A stretch of DNA of 32,531 bases from a bacterium (GTDB taxonomy: Bacteria; Margulisbacteria; Marinamargulisbacteria; SXXA01), in assembly GCA_947502965.1 (NCBI GenBank), contig CANNCG010000003.1, positions 1-32,531 on the forward strand. The letters are read 5' to 3'. How positions within the stretch are numbered: the stretch's first letter is position 1; the number at the start of each line of letters is the position of its first letter. Below are positions 1 through 12,800 of the stretch, in pieces. The notes under the pieces are model-generated. The model saw only the letters and a program-made list of their open reading frames with translations, made no database searches and was not told the DNA's origin. A program made the translations under genes and the position numbers.

Positions 1-147
1 TTGCAAAGGAGCTGATCATTAGATAGAACAGGCTATGGAAATATGGAAAACTTCAGAGCAAGTTTCCCACAGTTCCACAGCCACGACGACGACGAATTTT
101 ATATCTCTTTTTTTTAGAACTTTGGTCCACCGTTAGGGGGCAAGCTC
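1..147. repeat. Left copy of a perfect 147-bp terminal inverted repeat; its reverse complement is at 32385..32531
   Basis: Direct comparison: the reverse complement of bases 1..147 is identical to 32385..32531. The match stops at 148/32384 (aaa vs cct). It contains short internal direct repeats (ccacag x2, cgacgacgacg) and an imperfect hairpin (ggaaaactt...aagtttcc). Confidence 0.9.
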
Positions 148-246
148 AAATTTCACAGTTCCTACTCAAAAGAAAAAATGATGAAAAAATAAAAACCAGC
201 AAATTTGATCAAAAATTTGATGACAACGAAGATAGCGAGAACGCCT

Positions 247-840
247 CTAGTAGCTCACCCCATAATAAACCGTCTTTCCCAACTCAATGAGTACCGTCTC
301 CGCCATTTCGGCATGCCGCCACCATGTCTCAGGATCTACCCCATCGTCACTGCCTTGGACAAACAGGTGCATGTCTGTCGGCAATACATCCCGAAAGGTC
401 CTGTATGACCGTGCAGTATGAAAGCGAGAGGTCACCAGCAAGACGCGACGTGCATGCATGGCCTGCAATATAGGCAAGCTCCCCGTCGCATTGGTTTGGG
501 TACTCAGGGCCGCGTCTTCGATGAGAATATTCTCTGAAGGCACCCCCAAAGATACCGCATAGTCGGCCATCATAGCGGCCATCGAGGTGTCAAAAAAAGG
601 CCCCCCGGTCATCAGTATACGGGGGGCTACCCCCGCATGATAGAGACGAACCCCCTCCCGAACACGGTCGCCAGTCGAACCCGCCAATACCACAATGACA
701 TCGGCACGGTCCGTCGGACGCGCTGTCACCAACACCGAAAAAACAGCCCGCATCCCAATCGGAAAAAAAATGAGACCCCCGATACTAATAAACAGGACAG
801 ACAACGCGGCATAAAAAAGGCGTTTAGGCTTGGGCATCAT
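247..840 (-). CDS. DUF218 / YdcF-ElyC-SanA family protein
   Basis: 197-aa ORF. N-terminal hydrophobic segment, then VIVVLAGSTGDRVREGVRLY...ILMTGG, typical of the DUF218 fold. ATGATG start lies 6 nt after the giant gene stop, so it is probably co-transcribed. Confidence 0.65.
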   Translation of the reverse strand: MMPKPKRLFYAALSVLFISIGGLIFFPIGMRAVFSVLVTARPTDRADVIVVLAGSTGDRVREGVRLYHAGVAPRILMTGGPFFDTSMAAMMADYAVSLGVPSENILIEDAALSTQTNATGSLPILQAMHARRVLLVTSRFHTARSYRTFRDVLPTDMHLFVQGSDDGVDPETWWRHAEMAETVLIELGKTVYYGVSY

Positions 841-846
841 CCAAAT

Positions 847-3800
847 TTACCGTTTCCGCAACACCGCTATTTTGGCCTGGCGTTCTTCATATTTGGTTTG
901 CAAATAGGTTTCCAAGACGCTTAGCTCCGTTTTGATCCCGGCCACTTCCGCCCGTAGGGAAACCACCTCGCCCAAACGCGCCCCTATATGTTTGTTTGCA
1001 AACGACATACCGACAATCGCATTGACCGTAGATTCCCCCGCGGCATCCGTCGCCGTCCATGCCTGCCCAATAATTTGAGCCGGATTGACAACCAACGACG
1101 CCGTAATCGCAACCGCTGTCCCATCCTGAAACCCTGACGCGATGAGATAATCTCCCGCACGTACCACGCCACGAACACGTACCGGCACCTGCCCCATAAA
1201 GGCCACCAAGCCAAAGGCATTTAGCTGTTCAAGGCCAGGAAAATTACCCGCCACAATAGGCCGCGAGCTGATCACACGCACACTGCGGGCCCCTGCCGTC
1301 GCACGTGACACCTGGCCATTGAAAACACCGACCACATCGCCAGGTCTCAAATTTTCAGCAGAAATTTTGGGTAAATACTCCGCATAATCCGCCTCAGGCG
1401 ACGCAAACTGTACGCCCCCAAACCCATCCATTTCAATGGAGCCCAATACCGTAGGCTTATATCCTAAAGTACGCACCTTTGTCGTATCCTTATGAATAAA
1501 CGTCATGAAATTAGCATCCGTTGCGGTACCATAATTCACCAAGGCCATATTTTGCGAACTCCCCTTTGACACGATGAGCACGGTATGCGAAAAAGGCGTC
1601 CTGGGATCGATACCCGTCATAGAGGGCCCCCCCTCTGCCTCACTACGCCGGACCACGTGCAATCCAGCCGCAGGCGACGTGGTCCCGATCCCCACACCTG
1701 CGCGGATAGGCAACTCCGTCAGCACCGTGGTGTCATTGGGATTGACGTATCCAAAAACAGACACCGTAAACCCTGTTTTCAAAGACGTCCCCTCTCCCCA
1801 ATTGACCAAGTTTGCAGCCACAAAACTTGATTTTTTGGGATATGTATCTACGATCAACTTGGAACTGGGGTTGGGCGAGGTTGTGCTCGTTTCGCCGATA
1901 TTTATCCGTAGCTCTGAAATCGCATTACTGCGGTTATAGCGTCCCATAAAATACTCATGCGTATTGTCACTATTCCCATCGGGGCTGTAAATACGGCCCC
2001 CAGAAAAATACGCTTTGGCACCCCAACCCGCCGGGGAGGTGAAGAAGCTCGTCGTCTTCACGCCCAGCTGCACATCCCCACTCACCACAAAGGGTCGGTC
2101 AATGGCCGCCAAATGGGCATTCCCCATAGGAAATCCGATCCCCACATGCCCAACCCCTACCGCAGATACCATCGACGTCGTCACCGTGGACGCATTGTGA
2201 CCCGACATGAGGTACAAGAATGAGTCCTGATTGCCACCACGCGCCACGTGAAACACCACACTGGCCTTGGTCTTGGCCTGCTCTAAGATGGCTTTTACGT
2301 TGACATTGGCTGTCGCAATATTGCCAGAGCTACGGGCATAGGCCCCCTTAGTCGTTTTCACCATATCGCCCGCCTCGATAAGTGCATCCGCCATCACCGC
2401 AGAGGCCGTGTCATCAGTCCCCTGTATAGCCGTGAACGCCAATGGCGTCACTTCATGATGGACAGCCTCATTCCCCAGATAGTTCAATACCATCTCCCGA
2501 CCAGAGCCCGCGGGGCTTGTGGTCTTAATTTTCAAAATATTCCCCGTGGCAATCCGTCGTCCGTCACGGTCCATCCCATAGGCCTGAAAAGCAATGTTCG
2601 CAGTAGAAATGACGGCAACATCGTCAACCGTGGCATGCCCAATGACCATGGGCCCGCCCATAAAGACCGCCGCTGCTTTGTAGCCAAATTTGTTGGTCGC
2701 GTATTCCTCAATCGCCAAACCGGTCACATCCACCACAAGCCCGTTGACTTTGACGGCTTGCGAATTTGGATTTGCCAAAGCCGCCATTGTATAGGCATTC
2801 TCTGAAGTCAAACGATATCCCAATCCTGTGACATGGGTGTCCTTCGAATAGGCTGCCAGCGTCATCACCACATTATGAATAGGCAAGGTCTCCTTGAATT
2901 CTGGTGGCGTCGCATATAAAACACCCAAAGACAGGCTTTTAAGTGCCATATAATTGGAGTTCACGAAGCCCGCAGTAAGGGGATTTCCAGTACTAATATT
3001 AAAGTCCCCGATCACATGCAGATCCTGAGACGGCACCAAGGTGCCAAGTCCCACCTTGCCCGCCGTATCCATCGTCATGGCGTTTGGCGATACCAGCGTG
3101 CTCACCCGAAACGGATATTGGGAAATATCCGTCGCCCCAATAGACAACGTCGCTTGGGGATCTGAGGACACCACACCCACGCGGGTCTTCCCAAAACGTA
3201 GCAGTTCCGTTTGATTCACATCTTTGACCAGCAACACATCCCCAGCATCTTTCCCCCACATGACAACCCCATCAGCAGAAACCGCTGCCGATTCACGATA
3301 GTGTCCCACAAAGGAAAAGTCTCCCGATTGGCGTACGGCATAGCCATGCAGCTGCGGATAGATTACCGGATACGGCGGATTGTCTAGCCATTTCGGTACG
3401 TTGGTCCATGTCGTATCATCACCAGCCGTCATAGATCCGCTCACCGCCATCGCCATATAGCTCTCCGTGGGCGATCTGCGCCAAATCCCCAGCTTGCCTT
3501 CTTGGCCCACCACCAGAGACACCCCATTGGCGGCAGCCACACGCAAAGGCCCAGCCCCACCTGTAGTCTGGGTAGTGTTCGTTGAGATGAAATCAACTAT
3601 TTCAGTAGAACCATTCCAAACAGACCCCACCGGCTTAAGCGCTGAAGTAACATCCGTATTGTTAGTACGAGGAATGACACCGTAGGTATAAGACACGCCC
3701 CCAATTTGGTAAGTTCCCAATAAAGAATATCTCCATCTACCACCCCCCTCATCAATCTGTGAACTAACTGTCCAAACAACATCCACTGGAAAAGTAAATT

Positions 3801-6800
3801 TGGCCTTATCAAAGGTCATATCGAACATCGCCGTCGGAGCGGTATTCCCGAGACCTGTCCGACCTGCCCCGGTGACCACAAAGGGATTCGAGGTGGTCGG
3901 ATTGTCAATCCAGAGGGCATGCCCCGTACTGGCCGAATGCACCACATTGAGAGACGCAATGGCCTCCGTAGAGCCAATCCCAACCGACCCCGTTTGCAGC
4001 GCCGTCAGTATGGGGGATTGTGCGGCATTTCGCACCAGAAGTCCCATATCCCCCGTCGCATGTACCAAGAGACGCGTGATTTCCAGCTGTGCCTCTCCGC
4101 TTGCCGTCCAAAGCCCCACATTGGATGTGACAGTGACTATCAACGCATTGGGCGTAGCTAACACACCCACCAGAAATGGACCAACGTTTGCGTTTGCGGT
4201 GACAGTACTTCCCACATGCAGCGTCGCATCCGGTGTCGGCGACGTTCCCAAATCCATCAATGTAAACACACCCATTGTCCCTTGGGTGTCGCCATTGTTT
4301 TCCGCCAAAAATACCGCCGATGCCTTAAACCCATCTACCGCAAAGTCTTCATTGAGCGGCAACAATGTGGAGCTTTCTGACTCCAATTGACTCAAATCTA
4401 CCCGAACCCCTATCGCCGTCTCGTTACTAGTCACCACGCCATCCAAGACAACATGGGTCCCGATAAACAGACTGGATCGATTACCGGTTCTAGGCCCAAA
4501 GCCCATGGTCACTTTGTTCGCACTATAGCCCGAGGCAAATGCGGTGGTATTCAGAGATGCGCTAATGCCTAGCGAATACTTTGATTGATCGAACATGGTT
4601 GAGACCACGTGCACGTGATTCCCGGTCGTCGTGTCTTGCTCCCACCACATCCCATCATTTTTGGCAATAATGCCATCTGTGCCATACATCACCATATTCA
4701 TGGTAGGTGGCCTATCACTTCCATAATTATGGAACATGCGAAGCAGGGGCACATTACGCCTATCCTCTCCGTTTGTGTATTTATAATGCGGCACGATATG
4801 GTCGGCAACCATTACGTCATTGAGCAATACCAATCCACTGAGGCTCTGATTCGACAAAACACTGCTACTGCTAATGGGAGTCATATACACGCTTTGACCA
4901 ACTTTCAGATTTCCCGTCGTGATAGTGAGGACGTTTGCTAGACCATTTGTTAGACCAATATTTAATGTTGGCAAAAACATATCGTCCGTAGACATCAGCG
5001 CATTCACGCTCAGATACTTGTTATTCATACTCGCTATATGAAGATCATGTCTAAAAAGGGCATTCTGAGACACCCACAAAGCAAATGAGGTAGCCAGTCC
5101 TACAGGCTTTTGGGGAATAAACAGCGTGTTAAACGTCGCAACATCCGCGATCAAGCCCTCGCTAGTCCATTCTTTTTGTGTAGACACATGATCCTGAAAA
5201 TTCAACGTTACGCCAGACGTATTGTCAAACCGCAAGGTGTCCAACACTTCCAAATCAACACCTGAGGCTATGATGGTCATTGTGTTCAAAGTGGCAGATT
5301 GTCCCAACGGCAATACCAAGCGGTTAAACGTCGCAGACGTTGCGTTCACCGACACCGTGTTGATAACTGCATCCTTCCCCGTGATAACCCCAGAAACCGC
5401 CAGTGCCGTAGCCGGTGCCGTCGTCCCTATCCCAACATTGCCCCCCAGCAACACCAATGGGTTACGGGATGTGCTGATAGCGTCATGGCCCATAGTCACC
5501 GCGATGCCATAGGCAACGCCGTTGCTACCAAGTTGCAAATCACCCAAATCAACCCAAAGCCCAACCGCCTCTACAGGCGTCACCCCAGTACCAAACTGAC
5601 CCAAAATCCCATCCGCAGCAAAAGACATTTCATAGCCAATAAAAGGAACAAAAACCGACGAAATCGAGCCATTTTTTCCCAAATTCATCGACACCACACG
5701 TTGCGTATAGTTTTGCGTTAATTGCTCAGGAAGCGCGATGTTTTTCGCTATCGTCAGCGCATGGTCTGGCAACAAGGATCCAATCCCCAGATGACCCGCA
5801 CTGGTGATCGCCACAGACGTACCCAGCTGCAAGGCACCGGAAACAAGCTCCCCCAACCCCGCCTGGTTCGCAGAAGCCGTCCCGGCAACAGACCACGCCG
5901 CCGCATTGGGCAACTGCCCTATCGCAACGCCGAGATCACCCCCCGTCATGACCTGCGTTGTCCCTGCCATCAGGGCAAAGGCATCCGCATCGCTATAGCC
6001 TTTGACGGACAGTTTCGCAGAGGGAATCGGTTCCCCAACAGACAGATACCCAAGGCCATCAGACCCCATGGCGGTCCTGGAAGCCGTCTGTATCCATAGT
6101 GGGTTCGTTAAGGCGGAGACAACATGTAAATTGGCACCGGGCAAGAAAGAGGTTCCTAAATCCTCACCGGTATGAATCCCGACGTTTCCACTGGTCTGGA
6201 GCCCAGACCTAAAGATGGCCGCAATCTTCGTACCCACGACAGCGTCCCCATTGGGCAACGTCATAGTGGCCCTCAAAGACTGCATGTCGACATACACGCC
6301 CCCGGCAACCTCGCCAGGCGCCATACCCAAAGGGGTCCCATTCCCTACCAGCCCTACCCCTACCCCCGTAAATACCGCGCTACTTGGCGTGATACGCGGT
6401 CCCATTCCTGTCGAAATACGGGCTGCACGCACATCGCCCAACCCCGTTGTCACCCCATACCCCGTATAGAGCCCCAGCACCCCATTTCCAGAGGCAATCG
6501 TGGCATTGGCAGTCCCTACACGCAGCACTGAGTAGGTCACCCCTAACGACGACTCCCTGACGGTATATGTCATAAACGGTTGGTCTGACACACGCCTGTT
6601 TTCGTTATATCCCGCCACGCGATTGGCAACACCGAGAATCGCACTGCTCACATTGGCCATCACCCCTGTATTGGGATTTCGGAAGATCAGTGCCTGATCC
6701 GCAAAGGCATTCTGAGACGACACAAACAAGGTGGTATACGGCGTATAGGCCGACGGGTTTTGGGTCGCAACCGGAGCCATTTGCAAATAGGTCATCCCTA

Positions 6801-9800
6801 TAGCGCCCGTATGCGTCACCCTATTCGCACTGATAACGAGTGGCGAATTAACCGTCAAGGTTTCACCGGTAATCGCGGAAGAAATAGTCACCGTAGGCAC
6901 AGTCAAAGACCCCAAAAGCCCCGACCCAGACACCCCCAAAACTGTATTATCGGCAAACCCACTATGAGCACCCACAAAAACAACATTTGCCGTCCCGAGA
7001 ACCGAATGCAAGACCTTCGCGTCAAATTGATTTGCGTCTTGTACACTTTGAATATTAACCGTCGTATTGCCATCGATTTCCAGCGTGCTCAGTACTTCCA
7101 ATGACATAGGATTCCGATTGTTGATATTAAACGTGGTAATACGCGCGTCTCCCCCAAAAAAAGCATTGGTCGTAATCGCAGACAATGTCCATTCACCCCC
7201 GGAAGCGATGAGACTGTTTGCACGAATAGATCCATTAATATCCAAAGCCACGTTGGGCTGACTCACCCCCATCCCAACATTGCCCCCCAAGAAAGTGGCC
7301 GCATATCGGCCTGCACCCGCAGTCTTAGAAATACCCATATCGACATAAACCCCCATCACAGGATTGCCTGTGATGGCTACGATGTCTTTCAAATCCAAGA
7401 CCATTCCTCTGGCCAATTTCGAACCGGCACTCCCCTCAAATATAGCAGAAGCATCTGTACTCACTACCACCTCTATACCCGTCAGGTTATGGGTCCTCGT
7501 GCTATTCAAGGTCTGACGAATATCTTGCATAGGAAAATGAAGGGGCATGGCTGCCGACGTTGTGAATTGGCGCACCATCGTAAACTGTCCCAAAGGCGTT
7601 GTCGTCCCCAACATCACCTCACCCAAAGACGATACCAGCAACCCTGAATTGTCCGTATTGACAGACAAGGAAGACGATTGCAGTCCCCCAAAGGACGTCA
7701 TTGGCGCAGACAGCGTCCCCACTACCGACAACGCCTGACCAGGTTGCGACGTCCCGATGCCCACACCCGTATTGTTCACACTCAGAACAGAGGCCCCAGC
7801 CGCAGAAAAGAGCGTCATGGCCGCCCTATCTGTAGTCGCTGCAACCGACAATTGGGAATTCGGCGAAGCAGTTCCCATCCCCACAAATGCATTGGACGAC
7901 ACAAATAGCGCATCCAGCCAAACAGAATCGACTTTTTTTTGCACCCATAACGGCGTGTGGGTCCTCCCAGCAACAATATGAAGCGAGGCACTAGGCACCA
8001 TATCACTATCTGAACCTGAAATAACCCCAACGTTCCCACTGCTTTCAGTTCCCACCAAAAAGGCAGCCGCAAAGGCAGACCCCGTCACCACCGTGCCATT
8101 GCTCAATGTGGTTTTCGTACGCAAATTATCCGATACCGTGACAGACAGACCCACGAACCGGTCATGCACATAACTAATCCCCGCCAAGGCAAGGTCCATC
8201 CCAAAAAAGCGTGCAGATCCTGGTGTTGATCTGTCTTTAAACCCCAATCGTATGGATTGCAGCGCCTTGCCTTCTGTGATGTTGAGGGACACAAGGCCTA
8301 TCACAGCAAAACGGCTGCCCTCTGAATAGGTAACCTCATTGCTGGTGGTGATACGCAACACGCCTACTGTGTTTTCTGTTGCCCATTTGATAAAGCTCAC
8401 ACCCGCCATTGACCCGTTGCCCTTAAAATAAGGCACTGTTTCGGGAAGAACCGACGATGTCACACTCAGGTTCCCTTGAACAGAGAACCCATTTTTTTTC
8501 ACCTCGTAAAAAAGTTCCTTGGTGATGGAATCAACAAACAAGTTGCCATTGTCAGACGAAATCGAAGTCACCCCAGACGGGAAGATCCGCAAATAAGGGG
8601 TCCGCAAACGGTCAAGCACCAGAAGAGAGGTCACATTGGTCGTAATAGAAAACGTCACGTTTGTACCCGCCATGGCATTCACAAACATAGAGGCCGTTGG
8701 CAAAGTCATCGCCGTGGAAAAAACGGACCCCTTGACATGCAGCGACGCGGTTGGGAGCGTCGTACCAATCCCTACCCACCCGGCATCGGTAATCCGCAAG
8801 CGTTCTTGGGGATAGGCCTCGCCTCCTTCAGGATCTGTCACAAAAGCCAATGCCGAGGCCGCATCTGTACCGGAAGCGAACGTTTTTACCCCCAAAACAC
8901 CAGCGCCAGACGGACCGGACTCATCAAAGTTAGAGAGAAGTACCAGCCCTACCGCATGGCCAGGAGTCGCAACCGACGCCTGTAAAATCAAGGGATTCCA
9001 GGTCCTATAGTCAGAGGCCACCGCCACTGCATCTGTATTAGTGAGTCGATAGGACTCCGTTTTCATATGTACACTTGAGGCGGGAGACGCGGTCCCAAAC
9101 CCTGCACGCGAAGCCTCCGTGATCACGAAGGTCTGATCATTCACACCCAAACGAGCAACCTTAATTTCACCCGCAGTACTATTCAAAGAAGAGGCGGTGA
9201 AGGTCCCATAAACCCGCAAGGCTTCCGAAGACAATACCCCGCCCACAGCCATCTTGTTCACCGATACCGATTGCAGGCCCGCCGTCGACACGACAGTCAC
9301 CGCATTGAGCGTCGCCATCGCGTTGACAGAGACAAAGGACTGCGCAAAAAGTCTGTCCCCCACCACCAAACTCTGCTCAGGAATAGACAGGGTTCCCTGC
9401 AAACGCAAGTTGTCCTGGCGCAAGGTTGTCACATACAAATCCTGAAAATGTCCCCCTTGCGTCACCTTCACATTATTGGCCACATTGAGCATGCTAAATG
9501 ACGCGACTTCTTGCTCTGTTAAAAAACTGGCAGCAGGCGCATTTGTGGCATAAATTGTGCCCGCTACTTCCAACGGATACGCTGGCGTTGTGGTCCCAAT
9601 TCCCACATTACCCCCCATAAACACAGCCACCCTACGCGATGTATCTCTATTGGAAGACGCCGTAGCGGACAGCCCCACCACAACCCCGCCTGTGGGAACA
9701 TTCAAGCCTGACAAATCCACCTTGTACCCCGTACCCACCACACGCTTGATACCGTCCTTATCGCCCAATTGGTTGGTATAATTGTTCCCAGAGTTCGAAG

Positions 9801-12800
9801 ACAGCGCCACATACGTACCGATCAACGGCTTGGCCACATTGTTGTCTCCTACCTCCACATCAATAATCTGAAAGGAAAAATCTGACGAAGGCAGCGACTG
9901 AAATTGTTTCTGCAACATCCATTGCGCCGTAGGATTTGAAATACCCATTCCCACATAGCCATTGGTACCGATGGTGAGGGTACCGCCAGCGGACAACGTC
10001 TCTGCGCGCATCGGCGCAACCATCCCGATAGACTGTATATCCCCCTTAATATCCAAGGCCGTTTTAGGCGTTTCAGTTCCAATCCCAACGCGCCCTGGCG
10101 CATTGATATAGATCGCGTTTAAAACGTTAATCGTGCTAATCTTCAGTCCCTCTGAAATATTAAACGCCTGCGCCCGCAAGGTCCCATAAACTTCCAATAA
10201 GTTCCCAGAAACACCCAATTGCGCATTCGGAGTCCCCCCTATTCCAATATCTCCCCCCATAAAAATAGCCGGGTAACGATACCCAGGGTCCGTAAATTGC
10301 TGTAACGTCACATCGCTCACATCTACATGAAGACCCACCGCCCTGGCTTTACTGGAAAAATAGGTAGGACTATTCTTATAGGGCAGATTTTTCATGTGGA
10401 TATTTAACCCTGCGATTTCCATAGGCGGCGTAACGCCCTGCCAATCAGAGGGATTTGCAGGCCACGTTTGTATTAAAACATTGAGACTTGCCGCATCATG
10501 GCTACGCGAATTGGCCAACACCCCATCATGCGAGACCACACTCTGAACACGCACCATAGTACTGAGCTCACCAGCCCCAAAAGAAATATTATTGCTCGCT
10601 GAAAAGGAATCCGAATAACGACTATATTTCTCGACTTCTGTATTGGCGGTAACCCGCAAGATACCCGCCGCTGTCGGTGTCGCAGAGACCCAATACATAT
10701 TGGTCGGTGCAAAAATTGAGAAAGAAGGCACCCCGGCATCTACACGCCACATCCCCACGTAGCCCCCAGGACCCTCCCCAAGGGTAAACACCTTGGAGAT
10801 ATTGATCACACTGTCAGTGGTATCCAAAACCAATTCTTTATTGAAAACCATCAATTCCCCTATGCTGCCAGCCTGAATATCACTCAAATTTAGCTGCTGC
10901 GCATAATAATCCCCCTCAACAATAAAATTATCCATCACAATCGCTGGGGCATTGGCACTCGCAACAATATTGAGCGTCCCTATAATATCCAAGGAATATT
11001 GGGGTTGTGTTGTCCCTATACCCACATAGCTATACAAGGGGGGTATGGCTTGGGGATCAAAAATCGTGTCATAAAAAACATCGGTGGTGCGATTGTCTCG
11101 GTTGATGGGAATCCAATCAACGAGTTGATTGTCCACCAAAAATTTATTGGCATTAACCGAAGTAACCGCCACATGGGTCGTTGCTCCCAAATTTGCCGTG
11201 CCTATTTGCAATCGCCCCATGAGGGCATTCCCTCCCACACTCAATGCCGCTGTCAGGGGTCGGGTAATGGCAATACCAACACGGTTATTCAACACCGCAA
11301 AAGGAGACCCCTCCCCTATGGAAGCACTCCCACCCGGACCTATGCGAAAAACATCGGTCTGCGTACGCGAAACGCCAAAGGTGTAGCGATCGGTTCCATC
11401 CAGATCAAAGGTAATCACGGGACTGACGGAAGTCCCTACCAAGCTCTGCAAACTACTGCGATTGGAGATTTCTAGCAAACTGTTGGGAGAGCTGGTTCCA
11501 ATCCCGACATTGCCCACCGCAGCAATACGTCCATAAGCATTCACATTGGCCGAAGGGAAATAAATATTGGGCGTCGTATTGATATAAGACCATACCAAAA
11601 CAGAGGTACTGGCCGACAATTGTTGGCCATCGGGAAAGATAAAGGCCTCTGCAGAAATGGACCCTACAGAGTCCAAATAGCCATACGCAGGATCTGCAGA
11701 AGACACCACTGCCTGGCCATTGACAAGCAAATCAGGAAACTTACCAACGCCCACATTGCCAGAGGCCGAAACGACAAATGACGGCGACGACACAGGGTTT
11801 TCTGTTCCTACCGTGAGAAACAACGGAGCACCCAGAGAAGCACCATGAACAACAAACTGAGCATTGCCAGGCGCATTAAGCTGAAGGGTGTCCATCACCA
11901 CCAAGGCATTGCCCGTTGGCGTCGTGGTCTTGATCCCCAGCCCACCATGTTGCGTATACACCAACGCCTGAGCGGTCCCGCCCACCATATTCAGCACCAA
12001 GTTTTGGTTATGCAATGCCAATATCGCCCGAATCTGAGGCTCAAGATGGGCATAGGCAAACCCAGGAGGCAGCGACAAAACGGCATCATGGTTGAACGCC
12101 CCTGCCATTTCACCTGAAGGAAGAAGGTGACCCTGCGCTTTCAGTCCATCCACAATGGCCGCCGCCGAGGCCCAATCGCTGGGATCTGTTAAGATCTCCA
12201 AAAAGTGAACGGCACCCACAGGTTTTGGATATACGGTTAGCGCCACATTTTTGGTGGCAAGCTGGATAGACAACCCTGTTACACGCGTATTGATACCAAC
12301 ACCCCCGGAAGCCCGAATCAAAAATTGGTTTTGGGTAGCCGCCGCAAAGGCCCCACTGGCCGCATCTGCCCAAACAAAAGACCCATGATTATTGGCCGCA
12401 GCACCACGCCCCATCGCCACAGAAAAATCGCCGTAAGCCGCGTTTCCCTGCCCCCCCAAAACCGTGGCATAGGCCCCACCGAGGCTATGACTCGCCCCAC
12501 CAATGGCATGCGAAAAGTTGCCACTCACCAGATGATCATACCCAAAGGCCGTGGTCACAATCCCCAAATTGGCATCATCCCACTGGGTACCCTGATAGGT
12601 ATCCGTGCCACTCAAATACCCCACACGGAAAATGCCTTTGGCCGGATGATAGACCATACGGGTCCCAGCCCCTGTCGCCGATACGGTTGCCGTGATCGGG
12701 CTAATGCCTGGGTTAACCGCCTCAAATCTCCCCGTTAAAAGCAACCCCAAGTTACCACTGACATGCAAATTGGCCTGAGGATTGGCCAAGCCCACGCCAA

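Noticed and set aside
1-40. Resemblance of the terminal-repeat tip (rc: ...tgatcagctcctttgcaa) to the 16S rRNA 3' end / anti-SD (GATCACCTCCTT)
   Set aside because: Only a short partial similarity (CAGCTCC vs CACCTCC). There are no flanking rRNA-like helices and no rRNA gene anywhere in the window.
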